This document shows positions 7,906-17,637 of a DNA stretch of 64,000 nt, in pieces (within the stretch, counting starts at the first letter, position 1; every line of letters begins with the position of its first letter). The notes beneath the pieces are model-generated. The model ran no database searches and was not told the DNA's origin. It worked only from the letters and a program-made list of their open reading frames with translations. Made by a program: the position numbers and the translations under genes. Source of the stretch: Spirochaetia bacterium. Its GTDB lineage: Bacteria > Spirochaetota > Spirochaetia > SZUA-6 > Bin103. The stretch spans positions 5,920,001 through 5,984,000 of the forward strand of contig CBDBDQ010000005.1 of assembly GCA_965203905.1 (NCBI GenBank), written 5' to 3'.

Positions 7906-9255
7906 ATGACCAGTGACGCCCAGACCAGCGACTCGCTGTTGCACCGTGATCCGACCCAGCACTACCCCGTGGCGGTGCGTGGGGAGGGCATCTACCTGTA
8001 CGACGACAATGGCCGGCGCTACGTCGACGGCACCGCCGGCGCCACCAACGTGACCCTGGGCCACGGCCGCGGCCGCATCGCGGATGCCATGGCGGAGCAG
8101 GCGCGGCAACTGGCGTACTGCTTTTCCACCCAGTTCACCAATCAGCCGGCACGGCAGCTCGCGCAGCGGCTCGCGGTGCTGGCCCCCGGAGATCTCAACC
8201 ACGTCTACTTCGTCTCCGGCGGCTCGGAGGCGATCGAGACCGCCATCAAGCTGGCGCGCATGTATCACCTGCAGCGCGGTGCCAGCGGCAAGCACAAGGT
8301 GATCGCGCGCTGGCGCAGCTACCACGGCGCCACCCTCGGGGCGCTGTCCCTCACCGGGATCGTGGGCATGCGTACCCCCTACGCCCCGTGGCTGGCTGCC
8401 TTTCCCCACATTGCCACCTGCTACCCCTATCGCTGCGCCTTCGACGGCTGCGGGGAACGTTGCAACCTTACCTGTGCGCACGAGCTGGAGCGCACCATCC
8501 AGCAGGAAGGCGCGGACAATGTGGCCGCGTTCGTGGCCGAGCCGGTGGTGATGGGCGCGCTTGCGGCCGGTGCCGCGCCAGCCGAGTACTTCCAGGAAAT
8601 CCGCGCCATCTGCGACCGCCACGACGTGCTGTTCATCGCCGACGAGATCATCACCGGCATGGGCCGGACGGGGGCGTACTTCGCCATCGAGCACAGCGGG
8701 GTGGTCCCCGACATCATCACCTTTGCCAAGGGCATCAGCAGCGGCTACAGCCCGTTGGGCGGGGTGCTGTTCGCCGACCGCATCCGCGCCGAGCTGACCG
8801 CGCGCGGCGGACCGTTCCCGCATATCTTCACCGCGGTGAACAACCCGGTCTCGGCACGTGCTGGACTCGAAGTCCTCGACATCCTGGAGGAGGAGAAGAT
8901 CCTGCAGCACGTGCAGGAGCTGGGCCGCTACATCGCGCCGCGCTGGGAGCGGCTCGGAGCCCATCCGCTGGTCGGCGAGACGCGCGGCCTGGGGCTGCTG
9001 TGGGGCCTGGAGCTGGTGCGCGACAAGGCCACCCGGGAACCGTTCCCGGCCGCCGAGCGGATCTCCCCGCGCCTGACGAAGCTGCTGCTGGACCAGGGCG
9101 TATCCCTCGCGGTGCAGGCTGGCTGCTACGACTTCGTGCTCGGCGACGACGTGCGTTTCACCCCGCCGCTGATCATCTCCAGGGAGCAGGTGGACGAAGT
9201 GCTCGCCACCCTCGAATCCTGCCTCGACGCGCTGGCCGCCGAGCTGGCCGGCTGA
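7906..9255 (+). CDS. Class III PLP aminotransferase (omega-amine/BioA-like)
   Basis: GIYLYD, SGGSEAIETA, SYHGATLG, DEIITGMGRTG, AKGISSGY; GGAGG RBS before ATG 7906. Confidence 0.92.
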   Translation: MTSDAQTSDSLLHRDPTQHYPVAVRGEGIYLYDDNGRRYVDGTAGATNVTLGHGRGRIADAMAEQARQLAYCFSTQFTNQPARQLAQRLAVLAPGDLNHVYFVSGGSEAIETAIKLARMYHLQRGASGKHKVIARWRSYHGATLGALSLTGIVGMRTPYAPWLAAFPHIATCYPYRCAFDGCGERCNLTCAHELERTIQQEGADNVAAFVAEPVVMGALAAGAAPAEYFQEIRAICDRHDVLFIADEIITGMGRTGAYFAIEHSGVVPDIITFAKGISSGYSPLGGVLFADRIRAELTARGGPFPHIFTAVNNPVSARAGLEVLDILEEEKILQHVQELGRYIAPRWERLGAHPLVGETRGLGLLWGLELVRDKATREPFPAAERISPRLTKLLLDQGVSLAVQAGCYDFVLGDDVRFTPPLIISREQVDEVLATLESCLDALAAELAG

Positions 9256-9346
9256 GAAGCGGAGACGCAGCCGGCGTTGACGCTGCGCCCGCACGGGCGC
9301 ATGCTGGCGGCAGGGGTGACGGCCCATCCGCCGTGCCCGGGGGAGT

Positions 9347-10285
9347 ATGGCAATGCCGCGAGTGGTGTATCTGAATGGCGACTACGTGCCGGAAACGGAG
9401 GCGCGGATCTCCATCTTCGACTGTGCGCTGATGTACGGCGACATGGTGTTCGAGATGACGCGGGCGTTCAATCAGCGCCCGTTTCGACTGGAGCATCACC
9501 TCGACCGGTTGTACGGGTCGCTGCGCTACGCGGGGATCGACTGCGGCCTCGACCAGGCGCAGATGCTGGCCGCCACCCACGAGACCATTGAGCGCAACCT
9601 GCCGGCCGTGGGCGAACTCGACTTCCAGATCATGCACAACGTCACCCGCGGCGGCATGGACCTGTACGCGGAGCTGGTCAAGGAAGGGACCTCTTCGGTG
9701 GTGACCATCAACGTGTTTCCGCTGGTGCGACACATCGGGCGCAGCGCCGCGGTCTACGACACCGGGGCCCACTTCGTGACCCCGCGCCAGCAGTCGGTGC
9801 CGGCGCGCTTCATCGACCCCAAGGCCAAGAACCGCAGCCGCATCTTCTACAAGCTGGCGGAGCTGGAGGCGGAACGGATGGAGCCGGGAGCCATGGCCCT
9901 GCTGACCGACGAGCGCGGCTTCGTGACCGAGGGCACCGGCAACAACTTCTTCATGGCGCGGGGCGGAGAGATCTTCACGCCCAAGCCGCACGACATCCTG
10001 CGCGGCGTGTCGCGCCAGTACTGCATCGAGCTGGCGCAGGAGGCGGGGATCCCGTTGCACGAGGCGGACATCGAGCCGTACGACGTGCGCGAGGCGGACG
10101 AGGCCTGGTACACCAGCACCACCATCTGCATGCTGCCGATCACCCGCTTCGACTTCGGCCCCGTGGGCGACGGCAAGCCGGGGCCGATCTACCGCCGGCT
10201 GCTGGACGCCTGGTCGCGGAACGTGGGCGTCGACATCGAGGCCCAGGCCAAGGCGTACGGCGCGATGGCCGGCTGGCGGCCGTAG
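9347..10285 (+). CDS. Class IV PLP aminotransferase (branched-chain/D-amino acid type)
   Basis: YLNGDYVP...ISIFD...YGDMVFE, HHLDRL, KAKNRSR, EGTGNNFF, ILRGVSR, ADEAW. Confidence 0.92.
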   Translation: MAMPRVVYLNGDYVPETEARISIFDCALMYGDMVFEMTRAFNQRPFRLEHHLDRLYGSLRYAGIDCGLDQAQMLAATHETIERNLPAVGELDFQIMHNVTRGGMDLYAELVKEGTSSVVTINVFPLVRHIGRSAAVYDTGAHFVTPRQQSVPARFIDPKAKNRSRIFYKLAELEAERMEPGAMALLTDERGFVTEGTGNNFFMARGGEIFTPKPHDILRGVSRQYCIELAQEAGIPLHEADIEPYDVREADEAWYTSTTICMLPITRFDFGPVGDGKPGPIYRRLLDAWSRNVGVDIEAQAKAYGAMAGWRP

Positions 10286-10292
10286 CGCGCTC

Positions 10293-11357
10293 ATGGCAGC
10301 GACTGAGGCACTGCGCGTGGCGATGGCGGGCTGTCACCGCTCGGTGACGCCGCGGCCCGGCTCCCACAACTGGGGCGCCGCGCTGGCCCCGGCGGCAGAG
10401 GTCCGGGTGGTCGCCGCGTACGATCGCGGAGCGGAGACGCGCGCCGAGTTCCAGGCGACCTGGCGCGATACCTGGGGAGAAGTCGCACTCTACGACGACT
10501 ACCAGCGGATGCTGGACGAGGTGCGACCCGACATCGTGTGCATCGCCACCCGGCAGACCCACCACTCCGACCAGATCGTGCGCGCGGTGGCGGCGGGGGT
10601 GCGCGGGATCCTGTGCGACAAGCCGTTCGTGACCAGCCTGGCCGAGGGCGACGCCGCCCTCGAAGCGTGCCGCGGGGCCGGCGTGGCCATCGCCTACGGC
10701 ACCGAGTGGCGCTGGTCCGAGGAGTACCGCTGGCTGGCGCGCCAGGTGCGGGACGGGGCCGTCGGCACGGTACAGGCGATCCTGGCCCACGGGCTGCCCA
10801 ACCTGGTCTTCCACGGCTGCCACTGGTACGACATCGCCCTGATGCTGGTGGGCGACCCGGAGCCGGTGTGGGTCAGCGGCCGCGTCGACGAGGTGAGTCC
10901 GCAGGAACCCGACGAGGGCCGCCGCCTCGACCCTCCGGGACACGCCTGGGTGGGGCTCGCCAACGGCGCCACGCTGGCCCTGTTGCCGGAGGGAGGCGGG
11001 CGTGCCTTCACCGTTCTCGGCAGTGCCGGGCGGCTGGAGATCGTCAACGACGCCCGGCAGGCCTACCTCTGGGAGGCGCGCTCGGGCACCCCCGGCGAGA
11101 ACCTGGCCGCGGCACCGGCCAGCCTGGAGGTGCCACAGCCCACCGCGCCGTGGCCGCGCGGGCCGGCGATCGTGCGCGACCTGGTGCGGGCGGTACGCGG
11201 ATCCTCCACTACCCTGTGCGACGTGCCGCAGATCCGGCGCGCAACGGAGATCGGCTTCGCGGTCCACGAGTCGAGCGTCGCGGGCGGGGCGACCGTCAGC
11301 CTCCCGGTCTCCCACCGTACCCGACGCATCGATCCACGGGCGTGGGGCAACGACTGA
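10293..11357 (+). CDS. Gfo/Idh/MocA family oxidoreductase
   Basis: YDDYQRML...PDIVCIAT...H, ILCDKP, HGCHWYD. Confidence 0.88.
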   Translation: MAATEALRVAMAGCHRSVTPRPGSHNWGAALAPAAEVRVVAAYDRGAETRAEFQATWRDTWGEVALYDDYQRMLDEVRPDIVCIATRQTHHSDQIVRAVAAGVRGILCDKPFVTSLAEGDAALEACRGAGVAIAYGTEWRWSEEYRWLARQVRDGAVGTVQAILAHGLPNLVFHGCHWYDIALMLVGDPEPVWVSGRVDEVSPQEPDEGRRLDPPGHAWVGLANGATLALLPEGGGRAFTVLGSAGRLEIVNDARQAYLWEARSGTPGENLAAAPASLEVPQPTAPWPRGPAIVRDLVRAVRGSSTTLCDVPQIRRATEIGFAVHESSVAGGATVSLPVSHRTRRIDPRAWGND

Positions 11358-11377
11358 TTTTTTCCTACGACTGTGCC

Positions 11378-12589
11378 GTGCGGCTGACCGGTACGGCCGC
11401 GACACGCTTGCCGTCCGCCACGGTTCCGTTGCGGGAGGCGGTGGGCCGCGTCACGACGCGCGCGGTGCTGAGTCTCGAGGCCTCGCCCAACGCCGACCTG
11501 GCGGCAATGGACGGCTATGCCGTGCGCGCTGCCGAGCTGTGCGACGCGGCTCCCAAGACCCCGTTCCGGCTGGAAGTGATCGGCTCGGTCGCCGCCGGAG
11601 ACGGTGCGCTGAAGGGGCAGCCGCTCGCGGCCGGAAGCGGCGCGGTGCGGATCGCCACCGGTGCGCTGCTGCCCGCCGGCTACGACACCGTGCTGCCGTT
11701 CGAACAGGTCTCGGAGACGAGCGACGGCATCGAGGTGCCCGCGCCGGCGCCGGCGGGCGCCAACGTGCGCCGCACCGGCGAGGATCACCGGCCCGGAGAC
11801 GTGGTGCTGGAAGCCGGACGCCGCATCGGCCCGTCCCACGTGCTGCTGCTGGCCAACCTGGGATGCTCCGAGGTGGAGGTGGTGCGCCGCCCGCGGGTGG
11901 CGGTCCTGGCAACCGGCAGCGAAGTGGTCGAAGACCTGTCGTTGCCGCTGCGTCCGGGCCAGGTCCGCAATTCGAATGCGCGCTACCTGCTGAGCGCCCT
12001 GGCGGTTGCCGACTGTGAGGCGAGGTCCGCGGGAACCGTCCCGGACCGGCCGGAGGCGGTCGTCGGCGCGCTGCGCCGGTTGCTGGCGGTCGATCCGCCG
12101 CCAGACCTGGTCCTGACGATCGGCGGGGTTTCGCGGGGCGCGGCCGACTTCGTGCCGGCGGCGCTGAATGCGCTGGGCGCCGAGTACCTGTTCCGCGGGG
12201 TGGCGCTGCGTCCCGGCAAGCCGGTGCTGTGGGCGCGCCTGCCCGGCAGCGGCACGCTGCTGTTCGGCCTGCCGGGCAATCCGCTGGCCGTGCTGGCCAC
12301 CTTCCGGGCGCTGGTAGTGCCCTGCCTGCGAACCCTGCAGGGCTTGCCACCGGAGCCGCCGGTTACGGCGGTGCTCGGCACCGACGTGGCCGGGCGACCG
12401 CCGCTTGCCCGGTTGCTGCTGGCCCACCCCGTCGGTTCCGCCGCCGGCGCATCGGAGCGGATCGTCCCGGCGGCCGGCCAGAAGGCGTCGCAGGTGGGTG
12501 CGTTGCGCATCGCCGACCGCTGGCTGGTGGTGCCGGCCGACCGCGCGCAGCTCCTTGCCGGCGCCGGCGTGGCCACCCTGCCCCTGTAG
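11378..12589 (+). CDS. moeA: Molybdopterin molybdotransferase MoeA (start may be the CTG at 11354 overlapping the upstream stop)
   Basis: AAMDGYAV, RIATGA, ATGSEV, RNSN, GGVSRGAADFV, LRPGKP, FGLPGNP. Confidence 0.9.
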   Translation: MRLTGTAATRLPSATVPLREAVGRVTTRAVLSLEASPNADLAAMDGYAVRAAELCDAAPKTPFRLEVIGSVAAGDGALKGQPLAAGSGAVRIATGALLPAGYDTVLPFEQVSETSDGIEVPAPAPAGANVRRTGEDHRPGDVVLEAGRRIGPSHVLLLANLGCSEVEVVRRPRVAVLATGSEVVEDLSLPLRPGQVRNSNARYLLSALAVADCEARSAGTVPDRPEAVVGALRRLLAVDPPPDLVLTIGGVSRGAADFVPAALNALGAEYLFRGVALRPGKPVLWARLPGSGTLLFGLPGNPLAVLATFRALVVPCLRTLQGLPPEPPVTAVLGTDVAGRPPLARLLLAHPVGSAAGASERIVPAAGQKASQVGALRIADRWLVVPADRAQLLAGAGVATLPL

Positions 12590-12605
12590 CGGAGAACGGC
12601 GGGAG

Positions 12606-14768
12606 ATGCTCAGAGGTACGGACCTCGCGCCGGGACAGGCGTTGCCGGTGGCTGCCGGTGAGCGCTGCGAATTGGGCGACGGGCTCTCCGGCACCGCCTT
12701 CCTGGTTGACTGGCAGGGAGACGGCGGCCGCGACATCCTCTATTCGCTGCTGCCCAACATGCACGGCGGCGGGGTCTACCTGTACCGCGAACGGCGCGCC
12801 GGCCGCGGCGAGGTGCCGCTGTACGACCCGCCCGCGCCGCTGGCCGAGGTGACCGGCTACCACGCGCTGCCGCTGGTGACCGACGCCGGCCAGCTCCACC
12901 TGCTGGCGTACGGCAACCCGACTCGCGATCCGGCACGCGAGGCGGATCCGGGCTGGCTCAAGCTGTACCGCAACCGCGGCCCGCGCTCGGCCCCTCGGTT
13001 CGCCGGGCCCGCGCAGCGCGTAGCCGTGGACGGCAAGGCGCTGGCCGAGGTGTTCGCGGCGGCCGACCTGTGGAATCTCAATCCCTACCGCGACCGGTCC
13101 GGCGTCACCCACCTGGTCATCTCCTGTCTCTACCAGTACGTGGTGGAGTACTGGCCCGACGTGCGCGGCACCGATCTGCGCGACTACCCCAACATGGGGG
13201 CCGGCCGCGGCTACCGCGCCGACGGCACCTGGATGGGCCGCAAGCCGACCACGCGGGTGTTCCTGCTGCGCAACGTCGGCGCCGACGAACAACCCGAGTT
13301 CGGACCGCCGGAACCGCTGGCCGAATATCGCTCCTGGGACGGCCGCACGGACGCCGCCTTGATCGACATCGACCGCGACGGCGCCCTGGAGCTGCTGGTG
13401 CGGCGCGACGTGGACCGGCTCTACGCCATGCGCCTGACCGCGAGTACGCCGGTAACGGGGCGAGACGTCGCGTCGGATTCGCCGCAGGTGCACTCTGGCA
13501 GTCGGCTCCGGCGCGAGGTCGCGTCGGGACTGCCGCGCCTGACCGCCACAGGAGAGGCCTGGGAGCTGCCCTGCAGCCCGTTGCGCCGCGGCTATTTCGA
13601 GACTTCCCTGTGCTGTTGCGATCTCGACGGCGACGGCGAGCAGGAGATTCTCATCACCGGCAACCCCGGCGTGGTGATCTGGCTGGACTACGAGGACGGC
13701 CAGTGGCGCGAGCGCCCTCCCCTGCTGCGGGTCGGCGGCGCGGCCCGCGTGGAGACGCTCGCGGTACCCTGCCTGGCGGACCTGGACGCCGGCGGCGCCC
13801 CCGACCTGGTGGTGGGCGATTCCTCCGGCTACCTCTGGCGCTTCGCCAATCGTGCGCAGGAGGCGGCGAGCTTCGACCTCGCGGCCGGAACCCGGCTCCA
13901 CGCGGGCGGCGCGGAGATCCACCATCTCGCCGGCCCGACCGGCTCCATCCAGGGCCCCAACGAGGCTCGCTGGGGCTACCTCAACCCGCTGGTCGCCGAC
14001 TGGGACGGCGACGGCCTCCTCGACGTGATCAGCAACGACATCCACGGCCGTTACCTTTGGTACCGCAACGTCGGCAGCCGCGACCGGCCGTGCTTCGCCG
14101 CGGCGCGGGCGCTGTACTGCGGCGGCGCTCCACTTACCGGTGCGTGGCGTTCTCGCCCCGCGGCCTGGGGGCCCGGCTGCCTGCTGCTGCTCAACGGCGA
14201 CGGGTTCCTGCAGCTCTTCCGGTGCACCGGTGCCGATCCGGAGCGCCTGGATGCGGGGCCGCTGTTGCGCTACCGGGACGGCAACCTGGTGCGTGGCTGC
14301 GGTCCCGGCGGCCTGTGGGGCCGCAGCGCGTTCTGCGGCTGCGACTGGGACCTGGACGGCACCCGCGACCTGGTGGCCGGAAGCGCCCGGATGAACACCC
14401 GCGTCATCAACGGCCACTTCCCCGGACTCGCCACTCCCTTCTGGCTGCGCAACGCCGGCAGCGACGCGGAGCCGGTGTTCGAGCGGCCGCGGCTCATCAC
14501 CGAGGCGGACGGCACTCCCATCAACCTGGTGTCCCACAAGTGCGCGCCGTGGTGCCATGACCTCGATGGCGACGGCGCTCCCGACCTGATCTGCGGCTCG
14601 GAGGACGGCAAGGTGTACGCCTGGCGCCGCGCCCAACTGCGCTGGGACTGGGATCCGGCTACCCGCTTCGCCACCGAACCGATCACCACCACTTCCGGCT
14701 ACGGCGTGGACCTCGCGGTCGATCCCGCGCGCGTCGATCCGGCCCGTGCCGCGCCGCCGGCCGGCTGA
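12606..14768 (+). CDS. FG-GAP/VCBS repeat beta-propeller protein without signal peptide
   Basis: Repeated DWQGDGGRDIL, DIDRDGALELL, DLDGDGEQEIL, DWDGDGLLDVI, DWDLDGTRDLV, DLDGDGAPDLI with Y/WxN-G motifs. Confidence 0.85.
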   Translation: MLRGTDLAPGQALPVAAGERCELGDGLSGTAFLVDWQGDGGRDILYSLLPNMHGGGVYLYRERRAGRGEVPLYDPPAPLAEVTGYHALPLVTDAGQLHLLAYGNPTRDPAREADPGWLKLYRNRGPRSAPRFAGPAQRVAVDGKALAEVFAAADLWNLNPYRDRSGVTHLVISCLYQYVVEYWPDVRGTDLRDYPNMGAGRGYRADGTWMGRKPTTRVFLLRNVGADEQPEFGPPEPLAEYRSWDGRTDAALIDIDRDGALELLVRRDVDRLYAMRLTASTPVTGRDVASDSPQVHSGSRLRREVASGLPRLTATGEAWELPCSPLRRGYFETSLCCCDLDGDGEQEILITGNPGVVIWLDYEDGQWRERPPLLRVGGAARVETLAVPCLADLDAGGAPDLVVGDSSGYLWRFANRAQEAASFDLAAGTRLHAGGAEIHHLAGPTGSIQGPNEARWGYLNPLVADWDGDGLLDVISNDIHGRYLWYRNVGSRDRPCFAAARALYCGGAPLTGAWRSRPAAWGPGCLLLLNGDGFLQLFRCTGADPERLDAGPLLRYRDGNLVRGCGPGGLWGRSAFCGCDWDLDGTRDLVAGSARMNTRVINGHFPGLATPFWLRNAGSDAEPVFERPRLITEADGTPINLVSHKCAPWCHDLDGDGAPDLICGSEDGKVYAWRRAQLRWDWDPATRFATEPITTTSGYGVDLAVDPARVDPARAAPPAG

Positions 14769-14861
14769 GCTGCCGCGTCATACGACAACCTCACGACAAC
14801 CCCGAGGCAGTTGCAGGGATCAGGCTTTTCCGCAAAGCTCAACTCACGCGGGCGCGCTCGA

Positions 14862-15019
14862 GCAGCCCGTGACGGAACCCAGCGCGTCGCACCGAGAGCG
14901 GCGAGGCCTGGCTGGCAAGGCGCGACGAACGAGCATATCGGCCATATGTGAGCGAGGAGCAACGCAGCCAGCCGGGATGCATCGCCGCTCAATGCAGCCG
15001 GAGTTTCGCCACGGGCTGC
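14862..15019. mobile_element. 158-bp MITE-like / REP-like structured element
   Basis: Terminal inverted repeats GCAGCCCGTGACGGAACCC and reverse complement GCAGCCCGTGGCGAAACTC (first 10 bp perfect), nested internal stems, no ORF. Confidence 0.65.
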
Positions 15020-15048
15020 CAGGCCCGCACAATTCAGGGAGGCGATCA

Positions 15049-16038
15049 ATGATGAAGCGCTTACTATTGGCAGCGGGCATCGTCCTGCTGGCGTCCGCCA
15101 CCTTCGCGGACGAGGTCAAGCCCGCCGTGGTGTTCGACATGGGCGGCAAGTTCGACAAGTCCTTCAACGAGGGGATCTACAACGGCGTCGAGAAGTTCCG
15201 CATGGAGACCGGGATCGAGTACGCCGAGTTCGAAGTGGCCAACGAGGCACAGCGCGAGCAGGCCCTGCGCAACTTCGCGCGCCGCGGCTACAACCCGGTC
15301 ATCGCCGTGGGCTTCGGCCAGGCTCCGGCGCTGGAGAAGGTGGCCGCCGAGTACCCCTACACCAATTTCTCGATCATCGACATGGTAGTGGACCTGCCCA
15401 ACGTGCAGTCGATCGTGTTCAAGGAGCACGAGGGCTCGTTCCTGGTGGGCATGATCGCGGCCCTGGCCTCCGAGACCGGCAAGGTGGGCTTCGTCGGTGG
15501 CATGGATATCCCGCTGATCCGCAGGTTCGCCTGCGGCTACGAGCAGGGCGTGAAGCACGTCAATCCCGACGCCGAGGTGTACCAGAACATGACCGGGACC
15601 ACGCCGGCGGCCTGGAACGACCCGGTGAAAGGCGCGGAGCTGGCCAAGTCGCAGTTCGACCGCGGCGCGGACATCGTGTTCGCCGCGGCCGGCGGCACCG
15701 GGCTCGGCGTGCTGCAGGCCGCCGCCGACGGTGGCAAGCTGTCGATCGGCGTCGACTCCAACCAGAACTACCTGCACCCGGGATCGGTGCTGACCTCGAT
15801 GCTGAAACGGGTAGACGTCGCCGCCTACGACGTATTCAAGACCGCCTTGGACCACACCTGGGAGGCGGGCATCCTTGATCTGGGACTGGCCGAGGACGGC
15901 GTCGGCTGGGCGCTGGACGAGCACAACGAGGCGCTGATCAGCGACGAGATGGAGCAGCAGGTGGAAGCCGCGCGCGCGGCGATCGTCGCCGGCGAGCTGG
16001 CGGTGCACGACTACATGGCGACCAACTCCTGTCCGTAG
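15049..16038 (+). CDS. BMP-family ABC substrate-binding protein (nucleoside/purine type)
   Basis: Signal peptide MMKRLLLAAGIVLLASATFA; DKSFN, FKEHEGSFLVG, GFVGG, AAAGGTG, GVDSNQ; GGAGG RBS. Confidence 0.93.
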   Translation: MMKRLLLAAGIVLLASATFADEVKPAVVFDMGGKFDKSFNEGIYNGVEKFRMETGIEYAEFEVANEAQREQALRNFARRGYNPVIAVGFGQAPALEKVAAEYPYTNFSIIDMVVDLPNVQSIVFKEHEGSFLVGMIAALASETGKVGFVGGMDIPLIRRFACGYEQGVKHVNPDAEVYQNMTGTTPAAWNDPVKGAELAKSQFDRGADIVFAAAGGTGLGVLQAAADGGKLSIGVDSNQNYLHPGSVLTSMLKRVDVAAYDVFKTALDHTWEAGILDLGLAEDGVGWALDEHNEALISDEMEQQVEAARAAIVAGELAVHDYMATNSCP

Positions 16039-16049
16039 CGCCGCTACCC

Positions 16050-17636
16050 ATGGGCGACCCGCGAACGGCGGTCGCCCTGCGCGGCATCAACAAGCGGTTC
16101 GGCGCCATCCGCGCCAACCGCGACGTCTCGCTGGAGGTGGCGCAGGGATCGATCCACGGCATCATCGGCGAGAACGGCGCCGGCAAGTCGACCTTGATGA
16201 GCATCCTGTACGGCTTCTACCGGCCGGACTCGGGGAGCATCGAGGTCGACGGCCGCGCCACCGAGATAGCGACTCCGGCGGACGCCATAGCGGCCGGGAT
16301 CGGCATGGTGCACCAGCACTTCATGCTGGTGGAGCCGCTCACCGTGCTGGAGAACGTGCTGCTGGGCGCGGAACAGGGACCGTTGCTGCGCCAGGGGCTG
16401 CGCCGGGCGCGGGCGGCCCTGACCCGCCTGGAGCAGGACTACGGACTCGAGGTAGACCTCGAGGCGCCGGTGGGCGAGTTGCCGGTGGGCCTGCAGCAGC
16501 GGGTGGAGATTCTCAAGGCGCTGTACCGCGGCGCCGACATCCTGATCCTCGACGAGCCCACGGGGGTGCTCACGCCGCAGGAGGCGGACGAGCTGTTCCG
16601 CATCCTGGCGGCGCTCAAGCAGCAGGGCCGCACCATGATCCTGATCACCCACAAGCTGCGCGAGATCATGGCGATCACCGACCGCGTCACCGTGATGCGG
16701 CGCGGCGTGGTGGTGGCCAACGTCGCCACCGCCGACACCTCGCGCGAACAGCTCGCGGAGTTGATGGTCGGCCGCAAGGTGCTGCTGCGGGTGGAGAAGC
16801 GGCCGGCCACACCCGGCGAGGTGCTGCTGCAGGCGGAACATCTCGCCTATACCGACGGCGCCGGGGTGCGCCGGGTCAAGGACCTCAGCCTGAGTGCGCG
16901 GCGCGGCGAGATCGTCGGCATCGCCGGAGTGGCCGGCAACGGCCAGTCGGAGTTGCTGGCACTGCTCTCCGGCATCACGCGGCCGGACAGCGGCGCGCTG
17001 ACGGTGAACGGCACCGTGCTGTACGCCTCCGGGGCGGCGGACGCTCGCGGAGCGAGGGACGCCGGGGTTGACGGTGACGCCGCCGCGGAGGCGGCCGATG
17101 CGCGCCGGACGCGGGCCGCCGGCCTGGGGCACGTGCCGGAGGACCGCCAGCGCATGGGGCTGGTGACCAGCTTCGCGGCCAACGAATCCTCCATCCTGGG
17201 GTATCACGACGACCGCGCCTACAACGGCCCGCTGCTGCTGCACCGGCGCCGGATCATCGCCTCCGCGCAGCGGCAGATGGAGGAGTTCGACGTACGCCCG
17301 GCCGATCCTCTCCTCCGTTGCGACGGCTTCTCCGGCGGCAATCAGCAGAAGATCATCGTCGCCCGCGAGCTGGACCGGGACCCCGACGTGCTGCTGATCG
17401 GCCAGCCCACCCGCGGCCTCGACATCGGGGCCATCGAGTTCATCCATCGCCGCCTGGTTGCGCTGCGCGACCAGGGCAAAGCGATCCTGCTGGTGTCGGT
17501 GGAGCTGGACGAGATCATGTCCCTGAGCGATCGCATCCTGGTGATGTTCGACGGCGCCGTGGCCGGCGAGGTAGCCGGGGAGGAGGCGACGGAACAGACC
17601 CTGGGCGCACTGATGGCCGGAGTCGGGGCGGCCTGA
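16050..17636 (+). CDS. Nucleoside/sugar ABC transporter ATPase (two NBDs)
   Basis: GENGAGKSTL, VHQHF, LILDEPT, GVAGNGQ, FSGGNQQK, QPTRGLD. Confidence 0.95.
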   Translation: MGDPRTAVALRGINKRFGAIRANRDVSLEVAQGSIHGIIGENGAGKSTLMSILYGFYRPDSGSIEVDGRATEIATPADAIAAGIGMVHQHFMLVEPLTVLENVLLGAEQGPLLRQGLRRARAALTRLEQDYGLEVDLEAPVGELPVGLQQRVEILKALYRGADILILDEPTGVLTPQEADELFRILAALKQQGRTMILITHKLREIMAITDRVTVMRRGVVVANVATADTSREQLAELMVGRKVLLRVEKRPATPGEVLLQAEHLAYTDGAGVRRVKDLSLSARRGEIVGIAGVAGNGQSELLALLSGITRPDSGALTVNGTVLYASGAADARGARDAGVDGDAAAEAADARRTRAAGLGHVPEDRQRMGLVTSFAANESSILGYHDDRAYNGPLLLHRRRIIASAQRQMEEFDVRPADPLLRCDGFSGGNQQKIIVARELDRDPDVLLIGQPTRGLDIGAIEFIHRRLVALRDQGKAILLVSVELDEIMSLSDRILVMFDGAVAGEVAGEEATEQTLGALMAGVGAA

Positions 17637-17637
17637 G

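Noticed and set aside
14769-15048. Purine riboswitch upstream of the nucleoside ABC operon
   Set aside because: I saw no purine-aptamer consensus; the structure is better explained by the TIR-bounded element.
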